Positions 44,286 through 58,521 of a stretch of DNA of 64,000 nucleotides are shown here, piece by piece. A program made the translations under genes and the position numbers. The first letter of the stretch is position 1; each line of letters starts with the position of its first letter. Below the pieces are notes generated by a model, which worked only from the letters and a program-made list of their open reading frames with translations, did not search any database and was not told the origin of the DNA. The DNA is from Octopus vulgaris (taxonomy: Eukaryota): positions 25,792,001-25,856,000 of the forward strand of contig OX597826.1 in NCBI GenBank assembly GCA_951406725.2. Direction: 5' to 3'.

Positions 44286-45337
44286 GACGGGCTTCTTTTA
44301 GTTTCCGTCTACCAAATCTTTGCACAAGGTTATGTTCGACCTGTGGCTATAATAGAAGATACATGCTCAAGGTGTCACACCTGTGCCCACAAGCAACGCC
44401 TGCGCCAAGCTTGGTACAAATTACCGATCGAAACCCGCTCGCGAGTGACAGGTGACTGTACTCTTTTACTCTTTTATTTATTTGTCTCAGTCATTTGACT
44501 GTGGCCATGCTGGAGCACCGCCTTTTGTCGAGCAAACCGACCCCAGGACTTATTCTTTGTAAGCCTAGTGCTTATTCTATGGGTCTCTCTTGCCGAACCG
44601 CTGAGTGACGGGGTCGTAAACACACTACCATCGGTTGTCAAGCGATGTTGGGGACAAACACAGACACACATATATATATATATACATATACATATATACG
44701 ATGGGCTTCTTTCAGTTTCCGTCTACCAAATCCACTCGCAAGGCTTTGGTCTTGTCTGTTCTCCAACACTGCTTCAGAACTGGTGTTGGCGTGTTTACAT
44801 CTCCGTAACTTAGTGGTTTGGCAAAAGAATAAATACCAGACTCTTGTCCAAGGTGCCACGCAGTGGGACTGAACCTGGAACCATGTGGCTGATAAGCAAG
44901 TTACTTATCACACAGCCACTACTGCGCCTATGCTTTTACTATGTACTTTTACTCTGTTTAGTTAACTGATAGCTACCGTATTGATGTACAATAATACAGT
45001 TTGTAGAGCAGGTTATTCAGTTTCCGCGACCCCACTGCCAAACTGAACTCAGCTGCTGAAATCAGTTTCTGGAAGAGTTTTGCGTCTTCTGTGAAGAATT
45101 ACAACAGACAGTCGAGAATAGGTATTGAACTTTTCTGTTTCCAGTTCAACGCTTCTAGCAAATAATTCGATAAAGTTTTGCTGAAAACTTGCACTTGTAT
45201 GCATTAAGTTGGACAAGACGTGTTCGCTGCAGTTAGTGAAAGGCCAAAATGTGACTTTGCATTTCCTGTCACGCTGCGCTTCTGCTTTCTGCGTACAACG
45301 AATGACTTTTGTACACTCGCGTTTCACATAATCAGCC

Positions 45338-45377
<40 letters not shown>

Positions 45378-45611
45378 GAAGAAGAAGAAGAAGAAGAAGA
45401 AGAAAACGATAATACTCTTTTACTTGTGTTAGTCATTTGACTGTGGCCGTGCTGGAGCACTGCCTTTAGTCGAGTAAATCGACCCAGAACTTATTCTTTG
45501 TAAGCCTAGTACTTATTCTATCGGTCTTTTTCCGAACCGCTAAGTTACGGCGACGTAAACACAGCAGCATCGGTGGGGGGACAAACACGGACACACACAC
45601 ACACACACACA

Positions 45612-45675
<64 letters not shown>

Positions 45676-45853
45676 TACATACATATATACGATGGGCTTC
45701 TTTCAGTTTCCGTCTACCAAATCCACTCACAAGGCTTTGGTCGACCGAGGCTATTGTAGAAGACACTTGCCCAAGGTGTCACGCAGTGGGACGGAATCCG
45801 GAACCATGTGGTTGGTAAACAAGCTACTTACCACACAGCCACTCCTACGCCTG
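43960..45853 (-). mobile_element. cluster of three SINE family A copies (43960-44375, 44465-44930, 45415-45853)
   Basis: Diagnostic blocks repeated three times in the same orientation. Confidence 0.85.
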
Positions 45854-46216
45854 TTCAAATAAATAAATAAATGAATAAATGAATAAATGAATAAACAAAT
45901 GAATAAATATATAAATTAAAAGCTTGGACGTCACTCATGAGCGAGTATGAGCTCATACTTTGTATCACGTTTTTGCAAGTTGTTTTCATTGTGAACAAAC
46001 ACAGATACCACACAGAAAACGAAATATTAAAAAGAAAAAGTAATGTCAAACAACGAAGACACCCCCAGTCGCTGCCGCTATTGTATGAGTGGTGTATGAT
46101 AAGTCTTGATCCCCATAAAAACAAGACATGGTACAAAACTTCTGATGAAGGTACAAGACTGAAGGCTGAAAACTTTTCATACATCCCATCACATAGGCGT
46201 TGCTGCTGCTGCTGTT

Positions 46217-46255
<39 letters not shown>

Positions 46256-46514
46256 AAGCAACAAGGCGGGTAAGGGTGATTAGGTGATGGTATAGGGCTT
46301 AGGGGCGGGAGACCCCAGACCTTGGAAAAAAAACAACTTTGGTCGTCTTGTAGTCGAGGGCTCTTCGTTGACGCCCGATACCACTGGGAGGTGGCCCTCG
46401 AAGTCGCTGGAAATGGAGATCTCCAGGTCCAAACTCTTGAACGGCTGCTGCTGCTGATGTTCGAAAGAATTCAGCAAAATGCAATTTCGAAAGAGTTTAA
46501 AAGAATCAGATATT

Positions 46515-46848
46515 CTCAGGTTGACAATGTCTTTCTAATAATGTGGCCAAACCCACGAGTAGAATTATTTGTAGTTCTCATATTTTGGAGTCTCCTGGTA
46601 TTTAAGCACAATGTTTAAAAGTGCCATTTGATATTATCCCAATAGACCCGATGGTCCAAGTACAGTTGTCGTTGTTAGACGCCACGTCTTTGAGATTTCT
46701 CTTTCAAGGTTTTTGTGTTTACGTAACTTTTCGAATGTTTTTACAGATGTGTTGCTCTCTGCCGCAATTGTCACCACAATATCGGGTCTACGGGCCATAA
46801 TCGCTCGATCAGTTTGAACACCAAAGTCCCAAAGAACAATGAGGTCTC
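46515..46848 (-). mobile_element. decayed R4/Dong-type LINE 3' fragment
   Basis: VLWDFGVQTDRAIMARRPDIVV, FEKLRKHKNLEREISKTW. Confidence 0.8.
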
Positions 46849-46879
46849 CCTCCTCCTCCTCCTCCTCCTCCCCATCCCC

Positions 46880-46886
46880 AACTACG

Positions 46887-46967
<81 letters not shown>

Positions 46968-46977
46968 ACTACTACTA

Positions 46978-47056
<79 letters not shown>

Positions 47057-47082
47057 CGCTGCTGCTGCTTCTGCTGCTGCTG

Positions 47083-47151
<69 letters not shown>
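46880..47151. repeat. (TAC)n/(TGC)n compound microsatellite
   Basis: Direct read. Confidence 0.95.
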
Positions 47152-47154
<3 letters not shown>

Positions 47155-47521
47155 TGTATTAACGATCAAAATGCATATCCCCGAATGGATAAAAGGCAAA
47201 GTCGACCTCGGCGGAATTTGAACTTAGACGAAATACCGCAGAATGCTTAGAGGTATTTCGTCTGTCTTTTAAATGTTCTGAGTTCAAATTCCGCCAAGGT
47301 CGACTTTGCCTTTCATCCTTTCGGGGTCGATAAATTAAGTACCAGTCGCGTACTGGGTCCCCCCGCCCAAATTCCGGAGGCTAGAGTAGGAAGGAATATA
47401 TCAATTATTAAGAAACGAGAGAAGTAATCTGAAACAGTTCACTAATTTAATAAACTGAAGCATAGAGTTACCTCCCATCACCAGGTGTCTCGTCATTGCT
47501 GATTTATATAACTATCTTTGT

Positions 47522-47574
<53 letters not shown>

Positions 47575-47959
47575 ATACTACTACTACTACTACCCGTTGT
47601 GTGTATTTTTTTCTTTTGCTCTTCATATATTTTCGTCGTTAGTACTATCTTAATTTAAATTTCGTCTTGTAATCATTTAAGAAATTATAGAGTTATTTCC
47701 CTTGATGTCGTTTTGTAGCTGTTATTATTGCTCCTTTCGATCTTTCGGAAGTCGTTGTTCTGTCGAAGGTTATTATTATTATTATTATTTTATCCATTTT
47801 TTTTCTTACTGATGTTGATATGTCTTCTTTTTTACTTGATTCAGTCATTGGATTTCGGCCATGCTGGGGCTTTAGTGTCTGAAAATAATTAAAAGAAAAA
47901 TGCTGATATTCTATATATCATAGCAGAGAGATCTGACTAGCACTCTGTGGCTGGAAAAT

Positions 47960-48250
47960 TTCCAGTTGAATATGAGAATATTTGCCCTCATAACACCTCA
48001 ATTGGTCCTGGTCTCTTTAGCATCATACCAAAACACATAAGAGAAGAAAAAGCAAACATTCCCTGGACGAATATCTCCAACGAATTCCAGACACTTGCCC
48101 CCAGATATATCTCTGCAAACGATAACTCTTTACTTGAATGGTCTATGGTGCCTCCCAAATGACTTATATGAAACATTATTAAATTTTTTTTTTCCAGGTG
48201 CTGCTATTAAGTTAGACATGGCCCCGGTCAATGCTGGGTGCAACCTATCT
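47960..48250 (+). mobile_element. CR1-like LINE 3' end fragment
   Basis: GPGLFSIIPKHIREE..LDEYLQRIPD..NSLLEW across a frameshift. Confidence 0.6.
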
Positions 48251-48270
48251 AATTATCATAGTACAATATA

Positions 48271-49527
48271 CAAGGGGCGTTCAATAAGTAATGCCCCTGA
48301 CCCACTTGCAGTTGTTTGATCTAGCTGAAATTTTGCATGTGCACTTATTTATACCTCTATAGATTAAGTGGCTCTGAACTAATTGTGGCTTCTGATGTAC
48401 AGGTGTTTGAACTGAGTCAAGTGTGAAATGGAGCCTGTTGAGTGTCGAGCAGTGATCTGGCTTTTGTATTTGAAAGGACGCACACCACGGGAGACTTTTG
48501 ATGAAATGAAAGAAACTTATGGTGATGATGCCCCATCATATGACCTTGTAAAACGCTGGCATTATGAATTCAAACATAGTCGGAACTCTGTGGAAACAGC
48601 TCCCAGATCTGGTCGCCCCCTTCTGCCGTTGATGAGACGTCTATCCGTCAAGTTGAGGCTGCCATTTTGGAAGGTCAACGCATAACTATTCGCCAAATAG
48701 TCCATAAGGTCAAGATTAGTACCGGGTCTGTGGAAACTATCATTCATGACCATTTGCATATGCAAAAGGTGTCTGCTAGATGGATTTCCAGGTTGCTCAC
48801 ACCTTTCCAGAAGCAAGAACGCGTTGAGTGCTCGAGGATGAATTTGGAGATGTGCCAAGATGAGTCAAAATTTTTCAAAAGACTGATCACACAGGATAAA
48901 ACCTGGGTTCATCACTATGATCCAGAGACCAAAGCCCAGTCAATGCAGTAAAAGCACCGTGACTCACCTCCTCCAAAGAAGGCAAGGGTACAGCCCTCCG
49001 CTGACAAGGTTATGCTCACAGTCTTCTGGGTCCAGGACGGAGTAGTGATGACAGATTTCCTGGCAAAGGGTACCACAATTACAGGAGCCTATTATGCTTC
49101 ACTTTTGAGGAAATTAAGAGAAGCTATCAAAATCAAGAGGCGGGGCAAGATCAGCAAAGGCATCCTCCTCCTGCAGGACAACGCTCCGGTCCACAACTCG
49201 CGTGTCGCCAGATCAGAAGCACAGGCGTGCAGCTATGAACTCCTCTCCTTGCACCCTCTGATTTTCACCTCTTCCCAGCCATGAAGTTGATTTTGAAAGG
49301 AAAGCGTTTCCCAGATGATGCAGCCTTGATTTCTGAAGTCACGTCGTGGTTGGAGGACCAAGCTGGGGTCTTCTACAAAAACGGTCTCCAGAGCTGTATC
49401 AAACGATGGGAGAAATGCATAACTCTGGGTAGTTCCTATGTAGGAAAAGTCTAATAACTGTGCCAAGTGTCGTTGCTCTACTGCTATGGGAAGTGGGTCA
49501 GGGGCATTACTTATTGAACGTCCCTCG
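48271..49527 (+). mobile_element. near full-length mariner transposon, inactive transposase (48428 to ~49455)
   Basis: ~39-bp TIRs (caaggggcgttcaataagtaatgcccctgacccactt / aagtgggtcaggggcattacttattgaacgtccctcg) with TA TSDs. PRSGRP, WISRLLT, ITQDKTWVHHYDPE, LLQDNAPVH. Confidence 0.95.
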
Positions 49528-49816
49528 TATGTCTTTGCTTTTATTCCTCAGGCATCTATATGAAAGGATCTCTCAAGGCTAACTAAGCAGCATTTGGTGT
49601 TCTAATAAGTCATCTACGTCAAGTTGGATATAAATATTGCTTTTTAGTACTAATATTGCTACAATCTGTAGCGGCGAACAGTCAACACGTTGTTCTGAGA
49701 CTGACCAAAGAATTTTTATTTTTATATATAATTGAGGTACTTAAAAGTACTTATGTTCTTTGCTTCGGCTATTTCCATAGGCGCATGTAAGTATCTTACT
49801 TATATTCTCTCGTAAG

Positions 49817-49868
49817 CTCTACCGATGAAGAATAAAGAGATTAATTCCGAAATTGATTCAATATAGAG
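49817..49868 (+). ncRNA. hammerhead motif with CCGATGA core
   Basis: ctcta-CCGATGA-a gaat...attc c-GAAA-ttgattcaa-TA-tagag. Confidence 0.65.
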
Positions 49869-50000
49869 ATAACGAAATTTAAATATTCTAACGGTTAGTT
49901 TGCCCGACTTCAGTTCAATTTTCCTGTAGCAAGTGGATTATATGTGGAAAATCAGTATATTGGCTTTGGAATAATCTTCTTTAGCCCTTGCTTATAAGTT

Positions 50001-50037
<37 letters not shown>

Positions 50038-50044
<7 letters not shown>

Positions 50045-50335
50045 ATCACCAGGCTATCAGATGTTGCTACACATCGCTGGTCACAATGCGCTTCGCATTG
50101 TTTTAACCATCAAATGACGTCACACCGCTGGCTAAGCGAGTAGGCCAACAAAATAAAGAATGAGAGAAAGTTGTGGCGAAAGGGTACAGCAGGGCTCACC
50201 ACCACTCGCTGCCGGAGCCTCGTGGAGCTTTAGGAGTTTTCGCTCAATAAACACTCACAACGACCGGCAGGGAATCGAAACCGCGATCCTACAAGCGCGT
50301 GTCCGCTGCCCTAACCACTGGGCCATTGCGCCTCC
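50038..50335 (-). mobile_element. SINE family C (same tRNA head as 54262, different tail)
   Basis: ggcgcaatggcccagtggttagggcagcggac..gcggtttcgattccc. Confidence 0.85.
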
Positions 50336-50398
50336 ACACACACACATATATACATACATACATGCATATATATATATACACAAATACATACATACATG

Positions 50399-50461
<63 letters not shown>

Positions 50462-50587
50462 GTATATATATGTGTATATATATGTATATATATATGTATA
50501 TATATATGTATATATATATGTATATATGTATATGTATATATGTATATGTATATATGTATATGTATATATGTATATATATATGTATAT

Positions 50588-50716
<129 letters not shown>

Positions 50717-50879
50717 AGATATACTAGCCATCTCAATATGGCTAACCACTAAGAGTGAGTGTTACTGTAGCTTGTAGCCCCAGGAGATCATCGTCTCCAG
50801 CTGGCTTTAGGCACACTTTCTGTGCCCTTATGGTATTTGCAAAGGGGAGGTCATCCCTCCCTCATCAACCTAAGTTATA

Positions 50880-50924
50880 CGCACGGACTGCAGTTTCTAG
50901 GTATTGAACTGTCGTCGGCGTACG
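50880..50924 (-). ncRNA. hammerhead motif with CCGACGA core
   Basis: cgtacg-CCGACGA-cagttcaataccta-GAAA-ctgcag-TC-cgtgcg. Confidence 0.65.
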
Positions 50925-51047
50925 ACATCTCGTTCAGAGATTTATTATTGCTTGCAGACAGTTTTTCGAGATCAGTGACGAAAAGTTACTGGAAAAATGT
51001 TATAAGGAATTGCATTGGGACTCCCTTCATCGAAAACCGGTGATTGT

Positions 51048-51092
51048 CGTACGCCGACGACAGGTCAATACCTAGAAACTGCAGTCCGTGCG
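51048..51092 (+). ncRNA. hammerhead motif with CCGACGA core
   Basis: cgtacg-CCGACGA-c agg tcaata cct a-GAAA-ctgcag-TC-cgtgcg. Palindromic stem III, GUC triplet. Confidence 0.7.
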
Positions 51093-52209
51093 TATAACTT
51101 AGGTTGACGATAGAGGGATGACCTCCCTTTGTATATACTATAAGGGCACAGAAAGTGTGCCTAAAGCCAGCTGGAGACGATGTTCTCCTGGGGCTACAAG
51201 CTACAGTAACACTCACCCTTAGTGGTTAGCCATATTGAGATAGCTAGTATATCTCACATTGTCGTGCAGTTACTGTTTACATCTCGTTTAGAGATTTATT
51301 ATTACTATATATATATATATATGAATATATAGTGTATATATGCATGTGTGTGTGTGTGTGTGTGTGTGTGCGTGCGTGCACGCGTGCTTGTGCTTGTATC
51401 TCCCTCCTTCACTACGGCTTGAGTACCAGTTGTGGCATGCTTATGTCCAACTAATCTAGATGCTCAAAAAAAAAAAAAAAAAAAAAAAAGGGATCGGTAG
51501 AATGCGTAACAGGCTTACAAAGGAAAAAAAATCTACCGTCCTGGAGTCGATTCGTGCGAATAAAATTCTTGAATGGTGTGCTCCAGCATGGCGTAGTCTA
51601 ATGAATGAAAAAGAACAAAATAAAATTAAACGTATATCGACATCTTCTCTGTCTCTCTCGCTGCCTGTCTCTCTGTCTGTTTCATTTTCTCTCCCTCTTT
51701 GTCCGTCTATCTGTCTGTCTCCCTTTCGTGTCACTCCTCCCGTCTCTCTTTCTTTCTACGTAACGCGAGACGGTTTGGTATAAGGGAAAAAAGAGAGTGA
51801 AAAAGACTGAGAAAAGAGGAGAGTAGGAAGGTAGACTGAGAGAAGTTGAGAGAAAGAAAGAAAATGAGTGAGAGAGAGAGAAAGAGCGGATGAAACTAAG
51901 GCAGACAACTCACAATGCTTAAAAGCAATTTCCAATCTATGTAAGTTATCTCCCTTGAGTATTTTTAAAAATTTTTTATTGAAAGCTTTCTAAGTTACAG
52001 TATTCTGTATTAAATGTTTTCATGATTGTAATCTTTTATCTTGTTTCAGTCATTGAACTTCGGCCGTATTGGAGCTCTGCTCTCAAGGTTTTTAATCAAA
52101 CAAAGGGATCGAGAACTTATACTCTTCGTGTATTACTTTTTCTATTAGGATTATTTGCCGAACAGCTACGTTACGTATTTTTGAACTCGCCAACATCGAC
52201 GGTCATGCG

Positions 52210-52248
<39 letters not shown>

Positions 52249-52514
52249 TGTGTTTGTGAGTGTTTTGTGTGTGTGTGTTTGTGCGTGCATATGATGGCAA
52301 ATGTTCGCGCGCGGGAGTGTGTGCGCGTGTCATGAAACACAACCACAAACAGACGTTCACACATGCATTACACACACACATACGAAACACCCCCCCCTCA
52401 CACACATTTACATATGATGGACTTCCACACATTTTCTGAATATCAAAGAATATGTTCTCGAGTTTTTTATTTAAATATACACATGTATATATATGTATAT
52501 ATATATATATGTAT

Positions 52515-52572
<58 letters not shown>

Positions 52573-52733
52573 GTATATATGTATATATATATGTATATAT
52601 ATATATATGTGTGTGTATATATATGTGTATATATATGTATATATATATATGTATATATATGTATATATATATATATGTATATATATATAAGTATATATAT
52701 ATAAGTATATATATATATATATATATATATAAG

Positions 52734-52764
<31 letters not shown>

Positions 52765-52944
52765 GTATATATGTATATATATACATACATATATATGTGT
52801 GTGTGTGTGTGTATTTATATGATTGTCCCCCACCACCACTTAACAGCTTGTGGTGGTGTGCTTACATCCCCGTAACTTAGCAGTTCAGTACAAGAGACTA
52901 ATAGAATAAGCTCTAGGTTTCAAAAAATAATAAGTCATAAGGTT

Positions 52945-53387
52945 GAAAGTGATGGGATCTTTTTCTTCTTTGATTTTTTTTTGTGGATAATGTTAAATAG
53001 AGGAGGGCCTGTGAAAGAAAAGAAATTGTATTGCAGTGGATGTGTGTTCTGTGATCCTGAATTGTGTAAGGGACATAAGGTATATGGCTCCAGCTTTGGA
53101 TGTAACCCCAATCTAATGTTAATGTCGTTTGGGCAATGCTAGTCGTATATTTCCTACATTGTGCAAATGATGTTCGACTGTGAGTGGTGCTGGAGAGAAT
53201 AAAAATTCAATGTTTTAAGGCACACCCAATGATCAAAATCAGGCATGCCCTTACTTTTGTAGTGAATACTCTCTGGAGTGACTCGATTCTCGTAATGCTT
53301 TGTCTCGTGTAGGGAGGGCACAGGGAGAAGCAGTGTTCTAGGTATAGCCGTACAAAGAAGGAGAAGAGAAGTATGATAACATCTTCC
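52945..53387 (-). mobile_element. decayed CR1-like LINE, C-terminal part of ORF2
   Basis: [45 protein letters not shown]. Confidence 0.7.
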
Positions 53388-53435
<48 letters not shown>

Positions 53436-53499
53436 CGTGTGGGTGTGTGGGTCCATGTGTATGTATATATGCGTGTGTGTGTGTATGTATGTGTATGTG

Positions 53500-53564
<65 letters not shown>

Positions 53565-54261
53565 CATGTATTCTGTATATTCTGTTATACTTTCTTACCT
53601 CAGGTTTTTTACTTTCATGTCTACCTTTTGTGCCCATTATAATTCCGTATCTTGCCTGTGTGCGAGAATGGATCTACTTGTTACACCTGTGTCTGTGCAT
53701 ATGCATATGTGCATATTTTTGTGTATATGCATAGGGATCTACTCCCCATGTGTGTGGGTGTGGGCGTGAGTGTGGGTGTATGCATATTTTTGCCCATATG
53801 CATAGAGATTTACTTCGTCTTGTGAATGAGTGTAAGTGCGAGTGTGTCTGTATGTGCGCATGTGCGTGTATGTATATATGTACGTATGCGCGTCAGTTCG
53901 TGTACCCAACAACATGCGCCTTTTCCCGTATGTATGCGTATATTTTTACACGAGAGTACGTATGTATGCATGTATGCGTGTGGATGTGTATGCGTGCGTG
54001 TATGTATGCGTGTATATGTGTATATGTATCCATACGTGTACGTATGTAAATGTTGACCACCAGACAATTTACGAGGAAATAGATAAGCGGTTTAACCACG
54101 AATCAGACTACCCTAATCTACAATATACTTGGTCCCCAGACGTTCCAGTTGATTTATGACACCCACCACTTAGGCTTCTACAACCAGAATATGTCATCCT
54201 TCTGACCACCATGTTAGTTCGTAACCACTTTATATCCCTTATCCTTATATTCTAATACGTT

Positions 54262-54632
54262 GAGGCGCAATGGCCCAGTGGTTAGGGCAGCGGACTCGCG
54301 GTCGTAGGATCGCGGTTTCGATTCCCAGACCGGGCGTTGTGAGTGTTTATTGAGCGAAAACACCTAAAAGCTCCACGAGGCTCCGGCAGGGATGGTGATG
54401 ATCCCTGCTGTACTCTTTCACCACAACTTTCTCTTACTTCCTGTTTCTGTTGTACCTGTATTTCAAAGGGCCGGCCTTGTCACTCACTGTGTCACGCTGA
54501 ATATCCCCGAGAACTACGTTAAGGGTACACGTGTCTGTGGAGTGCTCAGCCACTTACACGTTAATTTCACGAGCAGGCTGTTCCGTTGATCGGATCAACC
54601 GGAACCCTCGTCGTCGTAACCGACGGAGTGCT
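54262..54632 (+). mobile_element. full-length tRNA-derived SINE family C
   Basis: tRNA-like head with A box tggcccagtgg and B-box-like ggtttcgattccc, plus a long non-tRNA body. Confidence 0.88.
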
Positions 54633-55065
54633 TCGATCGATTCTAATATCCTTTTATATTTTTGATATTTTTCTATATTTTTTTAATATTTTTATATTCA
54701 TTTATACTTTTCTTATGTTTCTTTATATTTTTATATTTTATATTTCTATATTTCTATTTTTTTATCTTTTTATATTTTTTATATTTTTTTATCTTCCGTC
54801 CTTAATTCTCGCCCCTCTATCTTTATCCCTATTTATTTTTATTACCAGGTTCATTCACGTCTTTGTGTATCTACATATTTATTTATTCATTTATTTATTT
54901 ATATTACCTCAACACCCAAGCTTCCTCATTCTACATTGAGTGAAAGACGAGATGGACGCTTCATTTTTGTGCTGGTGCCCCACTATGTCGTACGCGACTG
55001 AGAGGATTTGCATCCCCAACGTAGAATTTATGATGTAATACATGTCCTTGAAGTAGTAATTGTGC

Positions 55066-55143
55066 GCGGCTGAAGAAGGCCATAGACACACATTATGCAT
55101 TGTTATAAATCCGTCTAATAAAGGCCCGAAACATATGTACCGC
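55066..55143 (+). ncRNA. type-I hammerhead ribozyme, intact core, long stem II
   Basis: gcgg-CTGAAGA-a ggcc..tagac...gtcta..ggcc c-GAAA-catatg-TA-ccgc. Confidence 0.8.
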
Positions 55144-55254
55144 TGAATTCTTGGCATCATGCTTTTATTTTGATTAATTTACTCCACAACCTACACCACC
55201 AAATGCTATATACAGGTGCTTACAATTATCAAGTATTCACTCTGAATTTTTATA

Positions 55255-55330
<76 letters not shown>

Positions 55331-55638
55331 GTAGGTGTGTGTGTGTGTGTGTGTGTGTGAAAACTGTATTCGAAAACTTTAGTTTACATTTTTGCAAAAT
55401 ATGCCTCATGTCTGTTTATCTTGTGTGTGTGTGGTGGTAGTGGGGGCGCTGTTGTCCTTCTGACCTCTTCCGATGCCACAGAGATTGCTGTCGTTCCAAA
55501 TGGACACAATCCCGGTAGCAAAATTAAGAGAGGGTTGGGATTTCAGATTATTACCATTCTGAGGCAGAAAGATTTGGTTGGGTATAATGGTCAGCGAATG
55601 CCCTGAAGAATTGGGCATGACGTGTGTTGTGCGAAAAG

Positions 55639-55729
<91 letters not shown>

Positions 55730-55934
55730 TGAGAGAGAGAGAGAGGAATACATCGTGAGTTCCTGAGAGCATAAGAGCAGCCAACACTGAGGATCAGGGA
55801 TGATGATGATGATGATAAGGAACATAATAAGCCTTTCTACTATAGGCACAAGGCCTGAAGTTTTTGTGGGAGGGTACTAGTCGATTACATCGTCTCCAGT
55901 ACTTAACTGGTACATATTTTATCGACCCCGAAAT

Positions 55935-56400
55935 TGTTGTAGGGAATTAATAATAATGGTACATCCCTCCTACGTGACGAATGGAATAACATAGTCAGTA
56001 TAAAGAGGAGAGTACGTATTTGGCGGTCAGAGATAGTCGTGTGTTTACTGGTTTTACTAAGTATCCCGAAGTGGGTATTATAACAATCCAACATTTTAAG
56101 GATTATAATAGAGGCGACAAGGAGGAATTAATTAATTCGACGAGGATTTAAACAACTCACGAGGAAGTAATAAATTCGACGAAGATAAACCAATTCACGT
56201 GGAGTTAATAGAAACTCGAAGAGGAGATAAACTTACTAAGTTGGTGTACGAATTTTACGAAAAATCGTAAAAGTATGGAACATTTGTTGCCAGGTTTGTT
56301 CGAGTTGCAAAAACAGCAGCAACAACAGCTGAAAGAACAACAACTACAGCAGGTACAACAGAAGAAACAATAACAGCAAGTATCTTTCTTTATTGAATTG
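55935..56400 (+). mobile_element. probable Gypsy-type LTR + PBS + start of gag
   Basis: TGTTGT start, TATA-like tataaa, degenerate ggcgac.agga PBS near 56112, then MEHLLPGLFELQKQQQQQLKEQQ. Confidence 0.5.
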
Positions 56401-56426
56401 TTTAATAGTGGTTTTTCTCTAAATTA

Positions 56427-56620
56427 TCTATTATATAAAATCCGTTCTGTGTGTGTATGTGTGTGTGTCTTCTAGGATCTCGGGCATCCTCCATCTGATT
56501 GCGCTCAAATTTGATATGTAGATACCGACGGTATCAGGGCGTGTATAAGTCTTGGAAAAATTACAAAAATCGATTCCAGGTGAAAATGCGATCGATAAAG
56601 CCGTGGGAACATATTGTTTA
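56427..56620 (+). mobile_element. Helitron 5' end fragment related to 34254
   Basis: a|TCtattatataaaatccgttctgt...ccatctgattgcgctcaaatttg resembles 34300-34380. Confidence 0.6.
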
Positions 56621-56827
56621 CGTTAAATCAGTGTTTCTCAAAGGGGAGGCCTATGGGACGGTCGGACAAGTTGTTTTGAGAAAATTTGGTTTAAATGTTT
56701 GACAACTCAGCACCGTCCATTGGACTGGGGAAGTTTTGCTCGTATACATATATTATATATTGTGAAATTTGATTTAAAATTGTTCCCTGTAAGTTTTCCT
56801 TGTAAGTTTTGGAATTATATTCCCTAC

Positions 56828-56909
<82 letters not shown>

Positions 56910-57088
56910 CATGTGTGTGTGCATGTGTGTGTGCGTATGTGTGTGTTTGTGTGTGTGTTTGTGTGTGTGTGTGTGTTTGTGTGTGTGTTTGTGTGTGTAT
57001 ACACCTTGTTTGAGATTATTATGCAAATGTTGGAATTTTTACAGTGTTAGTAATACGTTTTTGTTCTTTTGCAGGTCATAATATAATC

Positions 57089-58103
57089 AAGGGTAAAAAG
57101 AACGATATTAGATCGTCTGAAAAGGAGGAAATAACTAAGGTTTTAAGTGATGACATGACCTCTTTGAACATTTCGAAACAGCTTGACCGATATAATCGAA
57201 CAATCAAGAAAACAATTGAAGATATAACAAAGAACAGGAAACCAAGGTCTGGAAAGGGGTTCAAGAACTTGTCCACGAGAGATAAACGTCAGCTGAAACG
57301 CATTGTCGATAAAAACCCACTACTTAGTCGTGATAAGGTATTTAATATGGTTGGGATTGTTGGAGTAAAGAGAGACAAGAGGCGTAGAGTCCTTCGTGAC
57401 ATTGGTTCGGTGAAAAAAAATCTTCTCGCCAGCCTCCTATATCTCCAACTAATATTGATAAACGTCTAAAGTGGGCAAGAAAGAACTTAAAAACAGGTTT
57501 CAGAAACGTCATATTCACTGACGAATCACGCGTCACATTAGATGGTCCAAATGGATGGGCTAAAGGATGGGTTCTGTGAGACCAAGATGCTCCTATGATG
57601 AAAAAACGGCAAGATGGAAGTGGTGGTATAATTATACGAGCTGGTATTGTTAATAGAACCATAATTGGACCATTTAAAGTTGACGAAGGTGGAAAAATCA
57701 ACAGTGCTAATTATTGTGAATTCTTGGATCAAACTTTCTTTGAATGGTACAAGCGTCAGCCTCACAGTTCAAGATGAAGTGTTTGTTTAAGCACGACAAT
57801 GCTCCATCACATGCTTCTCGCCTAACTTATGAGTTTCTTGAGCGCAAACGATTTGCTAAAGACAAGACAATGAAGCGGCCACCTTCAAGTCATGCTTTGA
57901 ACTCAATAGAAAACCTCTGGGCAATCGTCAATTAGAAACTCTATGAAGGAGGCAAACAGTACAACAGTAAGGTAGAACTGTGGGATGTTATACAAAGTAT
58001 TACAGCTGCAGTTTCGCCAGATCAAATTGGAAAACTAAGAGATTCGATGGACAACAGATTAGTAACGTTGATTGAAAAGGAAGGTCGTTATATCAACATG
58101 TAA
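57089..58103 (+). pseudogene. Tc1-family (DD34E) transposase, inactivated
   Basis: VIFTDESRVTLDGP, HDNAPSH, PPSSHALNSIENLW. Start codon position reads AAG, with frameshifts and stops. Confidence 0.9.
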
Positions 58104-58400
58104 ATTGTTTCAACTATATATTAAAACATTGTTCTTTGAATTAGTAAAAAGTTCATAATGGGTTTATGTATTTTAATTGTCCTGATACGCAGAGCAAATA
58201 ACAATTCCAACATTTGCAAAATAACTTCAGACAGCCAATTTCAGTAAATTCTCTATTACTCACGAAAAACAGATCAGATGTATGTCAAATTTTAGCCACA
58301 ATTAAGAAACAGCATTTGTACCAACATCCTAAAGTTTCAGGTTCCTATGTACATGTACATTCATTTTGTTAAAACAAAAACGATTTGCGTAATATCTTCA

Positions 58401-58437
<37 letters not shown>

Positions 58438-58471
58438 TGTATGTTTTCATACATACACATACATGTGTGTG

Positions 58472-58521
<50 letters not shown>

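Noticed and set aside
46135-46185. CTGATGA...GAAA
   Set aside because: No stem I or stem II pairing
54262-54335. tRNA gene
   Set aside because: The head continues into a SINE body found elsewhere in the window, with no clean acceptor stem or terminator
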